Assembly: GCA_963810935.1 (NCBI GenBank)
Contig: CAWEPK010000014.1
Span: forward strand, 1-13,406
Source: an uncultured delta proteobacterium
GTDB lineage: Bacteria > Desulfobacterota > Syntrophorhabdia > Syntrophorhabdales > WCHB1-27
Direction: 5' to 3'
Length of the DNA stretch: 13,406 bases
Below, in pieces: positions 7,281 through 13,406 of the stretch. Within the stretch, counting starts at the first letter, position 1. Each line of letters opens with the position of its first letter. The notes beneath the pieces were generated by a model. It was not told the DNA's origin, made no database searches, and was given only the letters and a program-made list of their open reading frames with translations. A program made the translations under genes and the position numbers.

Positions 7281-7378
7281 TCCGTACCTCCTTCTCTTTC
7301 AGGCGTTTTAAATTGCCCGGAGCGTTGCTGCGCCCCGGTGCACGCCCTCTTCCGGATCGTGCCGTCAAAAAACAGGCG

Positions 7379-7780
7379 CTACGGCCTTAGGCCGGCTGCT
7401 TCGGGGCTTCCCTGCCCTGCCCCGGCGCCCGGCCCCCCGCCTGTGCCTCCGGGACTGGCTGGAGGCGTCAGGACCGGACCGGGCGCCGGCGTATACGACT
7501 CACCGAAGGGCACCGGGCCCGTCGCCGGATCGACATCGGGGGTCTGGCTGGCAAACGACTCCCCCTCATATCCTCCGGGCGCGGCGCTCATGGTCCCTTC
7601 GGCGCTGCCTCTGGTGCCCACGTCACTCGGGCTGAGACCGGGTGGAATACCCGGCGGCGTCTCCGTTGTGTCACCGAACTCCTGGCCATAGGCCAGGGCG
7701 GCAGGAATCGCCAGAAGGCCCAGCAACGCGACCATGCACCGGAGCACCTGTTTTGCGGCTCCTTTCCGTTTCCGTTCCAT
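7379..7780 (-). CDS. Secreted Pro/Gly-rich low-complexity protein
   Basis: Likely start is ATG 7780 (MERKRKGAAKQVLRCMVALLGLLAIPAALAYG-QEF), giving a basic n-region, a hydrophobic core and an AxA/AxG cleavage site. The mature part is rich in P, G, A, T and E. Confidence 0.65.
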   Translation of the reverse strand: MERKRKGAAKQVLRCMVALLGLLAIPAALAYGQEFGDTTETPPGIPPGLSPSDVGTRGSAEGTMSAAPGGYEGESFASQTPDVDPATGPVPFGESYTPAPGPVLTPPASPGGTGGGPGAGAGQGSPEAAGLRP

Positions 7781-7945
7781 AGAGTGTGAACATAAACACC
7801 ATTTCCACCATGTCAACGTCAGCAGAATACGTTTTAAAGCGCATGCTCAGGGCCGCGTAAATGCAGGGCCGCGCCAACTGGCTTGCGAAAGGGCGTCCGG
7901 CCCATTATGTTTCACTTGCAGCCACTTTTTTAATGAGAGGAGGAG

Positions 7946-8494
7946 ATGATGAAAATTCTTGGTTTTGCAGGAAGTCTGCGGGCGGCTTCCTTTAACAGGT
8001 CGCTCCTGAAGGCGGCCGTCGAGCTGGCCCCGGCAGGCATGGACATCGAGACGTTCGACCTCGCCGGCATACCGCCCTTCAATCAGGAACTGGAGGCGCA
8101 GCCACCCGACGCCGTAAAAGATTTCAAGACAGCCATCAGGGCGGCCGACGCTATCCTTATCGCCACGCCCGAATATAATTATTCGATCCCCGGCGTTCTC
8201 AAAAACGCCATCGATTCAGCGTCGCGCCCTTACGGCGACAACGCCTTCGACGGAAAGCCGGTCGCCATCATGGGCGCCTCCATCGGCGCGTTCGGCTCGG
8301 CAAGGGCCCAGTACCAACTGCGGCAGAGCTTCGTCTTCCTCAACATGTACCCGCTCAACCGGCCTGAAGTGATGGTCGCATCGGCGCAAGACAAGTTCGA
8401 TGGGTCGGGCAGGCTGACGGACGAGCCGACACGGCAGCGCGTTAAAGAGCTGTTAGAGGCCTTGGCCGCCTGGACGAAGAAACTGTCGCGATAA
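7946..8494 (+). CDS. NADPH-dependent FMN reductase (ChrR/SsuE-like flavodoxin fold)
   Basis: Motifs GSLRAASFN, TPEYNYSIPGVLKNAID and GAS.GAFGSARAQ. Strong GAGGAGG RBS. Confidence 0.93.
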   Translation: MMKILGFAGSLRAASFNRSLLKAAVELAPAGMDIETFDLAGIPPFNQELEAQPPDAVKDFKTAIRAADAILIATPEYNYSIPGVLKNAIDSASRPYGDNAFDGKPVAIMGASIGAFGSARAQYQLRQSFVFLNMYPLNRPEVMVASAQDKFDGSGRLTDEPTRQRVKELLEALAAWTKKLSR

Positions 8495-8541
8495 AGAAGA
8501 TCGGCAATTATCGAATAGAATAATAAGCGGGACGCGGAGAC

Positions 8542-9927
8542 TTACTGCGCTTTATGTGTCTCGGCGGTCGCCCGGTCTAGGATGTTCCAGATCCTCTCCA
8601 GCCAGTCGAGGTGCTCCGGCTTCATCAATACGGACCGCAGGCACGTGACCGTCTCCCTGTCCCGCTCGATCCCCGCCCGACTTACATCGAAGAAACCGAC
8701 AGGCAGCTCGGCAAGCGCCAGGTGAAGGCCGTGCGATGCGGCTTTTGTAAAGATCGCCCTCGCGGTCTCCGACGACGCGCTCACGGAAGGCGCCTTCGCC
8801 ATCCAGACGACGATATCAAGCTCAGGCGCAAAGGCCGTCAGGAACCTTTTGTCGCCGCGAAGCCTTTTGTACAGGGCCAGCGCCGCCTTCCTTGATTTTT
8901 CGAGACCCTTCGCGAACGAACCGCCTTTTTTAAGCGGGAGGAGCTGCTGCGTCGCCCAGAGTGCGCAGGCGGCAGCGCCGGGGCGCGAGCACTCAAGGCT
9001 GATCTCGCCTAAGTGAAGCTCTTTGGAGCTGAAATATGTGTAGGGAGAGTCGTGCTTGTAGAGGCTGCCGACAGACCGGTCGCGGAAAAGCACGCAGCCG
9101 CACCCATAAGGCTGAAGGCCGTGCTTGTGGGGGTCGATGACGATGGAATCGGCCTCGCCAAGCCGGTCGAAGCTGCGGCGGGCGGCGGGGCTAAGGTTGC
9201 CTGCAAGGCAAAAGTAGCCGCCGTAGGCAGCGTCAACGTGCAGGCGGAAACCGTAGCGGGCGCGCAGGTCGAGTATCTCGGGCAGCGGGTCGATGGCGCC
9301 CGTTGCCGTTGTGCCGGCCGTTGCGACGACCGTCCCTACCCCGCCTTTACGCAGGCGCCGTTCGAGGGTCTTCACGTCGAGCCTGCCGCGCCTGTCCGCG
9401 CCGACCGGCTCGAAAGGGAGCTTCAGGACACCGCTGATGCGCTGGTGCGTATAATGGGCCTGCTGCGATGCCACGATGATGTCGCCTGGGCGCAACTGCC
9501 CCGCGACCCAAAGGGCCTCCAGGTTCGCCATCGTCCCGCCGCTGGACAGGTGGCCGAGGTGCGCCTTCCAGCCGACCATCCGGGCAAGCGCGGCTACGGC
9601 TTCCTTCTCCATGGCGGAGCTTGCGCGTCCGCCGTCGAGGGCGTGGTTGTTCGGGTTGATCCACATGGCGAGGGCGTAGGCAGCGCGCGCAACCGGATGG
9701 GGCGGCTTGAGCATCTGGCCCGCGTACAAAGGGTGAAAGTAAGGGTAGTTGTCGCGCATCCGCCCGGCGACCTTGAGCAGCACCTCTTCGACGGCACCTG
9801 CGCCCTCCTCCGGGAAATCGAGCGGCGGCAGGTCCGCAAACCCTGCCTCAAGCGCCTCAAGCGCAGTCGCAAGGCTTGCAAGGGAGCGCTTCTCGAAAAG
9901 GGACGGGCGTTTCAGTTTCTCACGCAT
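8542..9927 (-). CDS. Group II pyridoxal-phosphate-dependent amino acid decarboxylase
   Basis: Motifs SSGGTMANLEAL, AGTTATGAID, LHVDAAYGG, DSIVIDPHK (PLP lysine) and LECSRPG. The exact start is uncertain. Confidence 0.9.
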   Translation of the reverse strand: MREKLKRPSLFEKRSLASLATALEALEAGFADLPPLDFPEEGAGAVEEVLLKVAGRMRDNYPYFHPLYAGQMLKPPHPVARAAYALAMWINPNNHALDGGRASSAMEKEAVAALARMVGWKAHLGHLSSGGTMANLEALWVAGQLRPGDIIVASQQAHYTHQRISGVLKLPFEPVGADRRGRLDVKTLERRLRKGGVGTVVATAGTTATGAIDPLPEILDLRARYGFRLHVDAAYGGYFCLAGNLSPAARRSFDRLGEADSIVIDPHKHGLQPYGCGCVLFRDRSVGSLYKHDSPYTYFSSKELHLGEISLECSRPGAAACALWATQQLLPLKKGGSFAKGLEKSRKAALALYKRLRGDKRFLTAFAPELDIVVWMAKAPSVSASSETARAIFTKAASHGLHLALAELPVGFFDVSRAGIERDRETVTCLRSVLMKPEHLDWLERIWNILDRATAETHKAQ

Positions 9928-10066
9928 AATAGTTTATATCGTGATCCGGTGTGATTCGCAAGTAGGGGACGCCGGCGGCCGGGGGCGATTCTTCGCTTGG
10001 AATCGCGTTTCATTCGTGCAATAGTATAAATATCGACACAATTGCGTACTCAACCGGGACAGCACA

Positions 10067-11275
10067 ATGAATATGGATGACAAAGAAAAAAAGAGCCGCA
10101 ACCGTGGCGCCGGGCCGAAACTCCGGCCGGAAGAGATAGAAGGGAGCGCGTCCGGCCACGACATAGGGGCGGCCCTTTTCGGAAACGAGGAGCTTTACCG
10201 CGCCGTTGTGGAGAGCGTAGCGGACGGCATCGCTATCACGGTGCAGGCGGGAAGGGTCTTTGTCAATAAGGCCTTCCTCGCGATCCACGGCCTGCGCGAC
10301 GCATCGGACGTGGTGGGCCACCCAATGGACCAGTTCGTCATCCCGGAAGACCGGGAGGTCATGAGACAGCGCACGCTCGCGAGGATGCGCGGAGAGTCCC
10401 ATAAAAGCATCGTCGAGTACAGGGTTGCAAGGCCCGACGGCCAGATCAGGACCATTCAGGCGTCCGTAGCCAACACGACTTACAACGGCGAGCCCGCCGT
10501 GCTCGCGGTCCTGCGGGACATCACCGCCGTGAAGGAGGCGGAAATGGAGATCGTGCGCCTCAACCGGGAGTTGGAGCAGAGGCTGCTCGACCTCAAGAAC
10601 GCCAATGACGCGCTGGAGACGTTCAACGCCACGGTCTCCCACGACCTGCGCACGCCCCTCATGGCCATAAGCGGCTTTTCCGAGCTGGTTGCAAAGAAGT
10701 ACGGCGCGGGGCTCGACGGGAAGTTCACCGAACAGATGGGCATGATACGTTCGGGCGCAGCCAAGATGGAGCAGCTCATCGAGGACCTGCTGGCCTATTC
10801 GAGACTCGGGAAACGGGCGCTGCAGCGTTTACCGATACGGATGGACGCACTCGTTAAGTCCGTCGTCTCCGAGCTGAGGGCTATCTATCCCGGCGGAGAA
10901 GTGCGCATCTCCCCCGTCGCCCCCTGCACCGGCGACGAAGCCATGATACGCCAGGTATTCACGAACCTCCTTGCGAACGCGTTCAAGTTCACCAGCCACC
11001 GGGACAACCGTATAATAGAGATAGGCTGCACGGAGGAGGCGAACGAGAACGTCTACTTCGTCAAAGACAACGGCGCAGGCTTCGACATGCGCCACAAAGA
11101 CCGCTTGTTCCAGGCATTCCAGAGGCTGCATGGCCAGGAAGAGTTCAAAGGGACCGGCATGGGTCTGACCATAGTAAAAAGAATAGTCGGCCTACACGGC
11201 GGCCGCGTATGGGCCGAAGGCGCGCCGGATAAAGGCGCCACGTTCTATGTGGCATTGCCGAAACAGGCGGGGTAG
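10067..11275 (+). CDS. Cytoplasmic PAS-domain sensor histidine kinase
   Basis: PAS (VESVADGI..VNKAF..RDIT), coiled coil, H-box SHDLRTPL, N-box NLLANAFKF, G1 DNGAGF, F-box FQAFQRLH and G2 GTGMGL. No transmembrane segment. Confidence 0.95.
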   Translation: MNMDDKEKKSRNRGAGPKLRPEEIEGSASGHDIGAALFGNEELYRAVVESVADGIAITVQAGRVFVNKAFLAIHGLRDASDVVGHPMDQFVIPEDREVMRQRTLARMRGESHKSIVEYRVARPDGQIRTIQASVANTTYNGEPAVLAVLRDITAVKEAEMEIVRLNRELEQRLLDLKNANDALETFNATVSHDLRTPLMAISGFSELVAKKYGAGLDGKFTEQMGMIRSGAAKMEQLIEDLLAYSRLGKRALQRLPIRMDALVKSVVSELRAIYPGGEVRISPVAPCTGDEAMIRQVFTNLLANAFKFTSHRDNRIIEIGCTEEANENVYFVKDNGAGFDMRHKDRLFQAFQRLHGQEEFKGTGMGLTIVKRIVGLHGGRVWAEGAPDKGATFYVALPKQAG

Positions 11276-11493
11276 GATAAAGAGCCGCTGATCGGGCAGC
11301 AAAGGATAGGGTAAGGTTTTCTTCCTGGAATGGAGGGATTGCAAGGTTTTTGTTGCAATATAACGTTACTGGTGGCTATGATTAACGCATGTAGTGGAGC
11401 CGAAATCGCTAAGGCGAGAACCAGAGGCGATAGGGCAACAGGACATAGGCGGGCAGTCATAATCGCGGGATAATAAAGAGGAGACAAAGATCG

Positions 11494-11820
11494 ATGAACT
11501 ACAAGAACCCAGCGCATGTAAATAGTCCTCAAGACTATGTTACAGATGTTCGCGTGGTGTACGATGGCCGTGGCAATGATCCGGAGAAGTCATTTTCCAT
11601 CGCATGGATCAAATGGGAGGGGACAGATTGCCTCGCGATACGCTGGAACGTCGCGATAAGAGAGTTTGATGATCCAGCCAAGCAAAAAGGTAAGCAATGT
11701 GTTGGGGTGCCCGCTTCGCGTGGCTATCCGGTCTGGTTCGTACTTCCGGACGAAATAATTGATTCTACTTCCGACGTTTGGAAACAAATAAAGAAAAGTG
11801 ACCCACGCCCAAAAGGCTGA
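11494..11820 (+). CDS. Hypothetical protein, 108 aa, Trp-rich (YDG..W.G..LAIRWN..G.P.SRGYPVWFVLP)
   Basis: GAGGAG RBS and a globular-looking ORF in a lower-GC region. The motif pattern looks like a conserved uncharacterised family. Confidence 0.75.
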   Translation: MNYKNPAHVNSPQDYVTDVRVVYDGRGNDPEKSFSIAWIKWEGTDCLAIRWNVAIREFDDPAKQKGKQCVGVPASRGYPVWFVLPDEIIDSTSDVWKQIKKSDPRPKG

Positions 11821-11913
11821 AAACGTGGCGGCGACCCTCCCGCAATGACTGAGGAGCGAGCCGAGTCAGTCAGGCTGACCTTCAATTGCGGCTCGCAGCG
11901 GACTTATTCTTGG

Positions 11914-11965
11914 GACGGATGTGGGGCACGACGGATGTGGGGGACGTAGTTGACTGAGTTGACAG
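11914..11965. repeat. Short tandem repeats (2 x 16 bp, then 2 x 9 bp)
   Basis: GACGGATGTGGGGCAC / GACGGATGTGGGGGAC (11914-11945) and AGTTGACTG / AGTTGACAG (11948-11965). Confidence 0.75.
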
Positions 11966-11986
11966 GGCAGATTAAGTTTCCATTTT

Positions 11987-12847
11987 ATGAGACACGACAA
12001 CTCACAAGAAGTTAATTCTTGTCCTTGCGGGAGCGAAAACAACTTTTCCTCATGCTGTGAGCCATACGCACTATTGCTCCCTAAATATGAACCGGCGAAT
12101 GAGACTGTTCTGATCTCATGGATGGACCGATATTCACTGCCTATTCAACATTCATTTAGAATAAAGACGCGCAGCTTTATTTATCGCCTTTCAATTTATG
12201 CAGATGTCATTTTTGATTCTCTGTGCCCTATAGGTTTTAAGCCTTTTCCTGATAATCAGGAATACATTGACGAATCGATCAAGGCAATAAAACACAATAT
12301 AATGCTAACCTTGATCGCTTCCCTGTCGTGTCTTTCTCAAGGCCTGTTTCTGCAAAGTGGCACGTTGATTAGAAACTGCATCGAGGATTCTTTCGTGATC
12401 ATAGATATTTGTGAGAACGAAGAACAACTCAAGAGATTCATTTTAGGTACGTACTCAGCCGCTAAGGTATTGAATAGAGTTAAACAGTACATACCGAAGG
12501 AATTTCGATTATGGTATGGTCACTTCTCGGCCAACTTCGCACATTTTGGACCGTTCCATGCAGCCCCTTACATGCCTCGCGCGTGCTACCCGGATAACTA
12601 CGTGCTTGGGTCCGGTCTCGAAAACATTCTCCTCGGCATGTACCTATTTCATGTCGTTTTAGAACGATCGCATCTTAGCCAATTACCACATCCAACATTT
12701 TGGAAAACGAAAGGCAGTAACATAATCTTCAACAATGATAATGGTATGACAAAGTACGTTCATAAGCTTCAAAATGCAATATTTTCGGAGTTTCCTCCCA
12801 ATGTAAAGAAAGAAGGGTACCATTATGGCCAAGACTACTATTGCTAG
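11987..12847 (+). CDS. SEC-C zinc-binding motif fused to a DUF5677-like helical domain
   Basis: N-terminal CPCGSENNFSSCC. Internal LIRNCIED (RxxxE) and WYGHFSANFAH (Y..xS...H). Codon usage is AT-rich. Confidence 0.7.
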   Translation: MRHDNSQEVNSCPCGSENNFSSCCEPYALLLPKYEPANETVLISWMDRYSLPIQHSFRIKTRSFIYRLSIYADVIFDSLCPIGFKPFPDNQEYIDESIKAIKHNIMLTLIASLSCLSQGLFLQSGTLIRNCIEDSFVIIDICENEEQLKRFILGTYSAAKVLNRVKQYIPKEFRLWYGHFSANFAHFGPFHAAPYMPRACYPDNYVLGSGLENILLGMYLFHVVLERSHLSQLPHPTFWKTKGSNIIFNNDNGMTKYVHKLQNAIFSEFPPNVKKEGYHYGQDYYC

Positions 12848-12877
12848 TAAATCACCGTTTTATGCAGAAACGAGGAA

Positions 12878-12940
12878 ATTCAACAACGCCATGCAGCGGA
12901 TAGCCGGAGAAACTGGCTCCCGCTGATGTCGGCATTGCCA
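12878..12940 (+). mobile_element. Degenerate integron attC-like site
   Basis: R'' ATTCAAC (RYYYAAC), 5-bp spacer, L'' CATGCAGC, core hairpin AGCCGG-AGAAA-CTGGCT, L' GCTGATG, 5-bp spacer, then ATTGCCA where GTTRRRY is expected. Confidence 0.6.
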
Positions 12941-13374
12941 TCTTTCTGGTGGTATTTCGTGATTCTCGGCTTCTGTCCTCACCGACGAGTAGCAGGCGTT
13001 GTCATTACCCTATCCGACTTGCTCTTCCGCTGTCCGCAATATCTGGAATTTTAAAATTCTACCTATACAAACTATGTAGTTGCTTTTTGCGGCCGGAGAG
13101 ATTTTCGATGGATTTCCCCGTGATCGAGGGGCCGCCGCCCGGAGCGTACAGTTGGGTACGTGAGGACGCGCGGACCCGAGAGACAGGGGGAAGGCGCGGA
13201 AATAGCCCGGCTGCATCGCTTCCGCTTATATTGACTTATCACCAAATATACCTACGTTAGCCCCAGAAGCTTTCTATCGCGGTAAATTAGAAAACCGCTG
13301 CCAAGACTGTCGAAACAGCACTCTAACACTTCGAAACATCGCTGTTTTGGTACGAAAGCGCAAGGAGGGCAACA

Positions 13375-13406
13375 ATGAAAATTCTTATGGTGCTTACGTC
13401 GCACGA
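13375..13406 (+). CDS. N-terminus of a type 1 glutamine amidotransferase-like (DJ-1/PfpI) protein, truncated by the window edge
   Basis: AAGGAGG RBS followed by MKILMVLTSH(D/E), a typical N-terminus of this family. Only 10 codons are visible. Confidence 0.7.
   Translation, partial: MKILMVLTSH

Noticed and set aside
7861..7881. sigma54 promoter on the minus strand (TTGGCGCGGCCCTGCA)
   Set aside because: The GG-to-GC spacing is 9 nt rather than the required 10.
9013..9954. 313-aa plus-strand ORF and similar long antisense or alternate-frame ORFs (74..697, 4681..5346, 6627..7268, 10010..10642)
   Set aside because: Shadow ORFs of well-supported genes in GC-rich DNA, with no recognisable motifs.
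11821..11900. Second attC site after the 108-aa gene
   Set aside because: Hairpins are present, but no properly spaced RYYYAAC/GTTRRRY boxes or L boxes were found.
12949..13260. 103-aa plus-strand and 68-aa minus-strand ORFs
   Set aside because: No RBS or recognisable domain, and the composition looks non-coding.

Overview
GC-rich bacterial chromosomal window. The gene content and repeat style suggest an anaerobic deltaproteobacterium/Desulfobacterota such as Syntrophorhabdaceae, but this is inference only. In order: the 3' part of purF; pyrE; two small minus-strand ORFs (one with 9 Cys) behind a candidate sigma54 promoter with three tandem palindromic activator sites; an orphan DUF1850-like gene; a hemE-hemH-hemY operon whose hemY is split by an apparent 1-bp insertion near 6383; two secreted Gly/Pro-rich low-complexity ORFs; an NADPH-dependent FMN reductase; a group II PLP decarboxylase; an orphan PAS histidine kinase; an AT-rich islet with two hypothetical genes, the second a SEC-C + DUF5677-like protein followed by a degenerate integron attC-like site; and the start of a DJ-1/PfpI-family gene. 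Intergenic DNA is rich in structure: REP-like hairpins, a 142-nt rod-like palindrome, a perfect 35-bp palindrome over the hemE start codon and an IHF-like site between direct repeats. No rRNA, tRNA, CRISPR array, transposase or integrase was seen. No complete novel multi-gene system can be demonstrated. The best leads are the sigma54/Cys-rich unit, the attC-bearing islet and the hemE leader structures.
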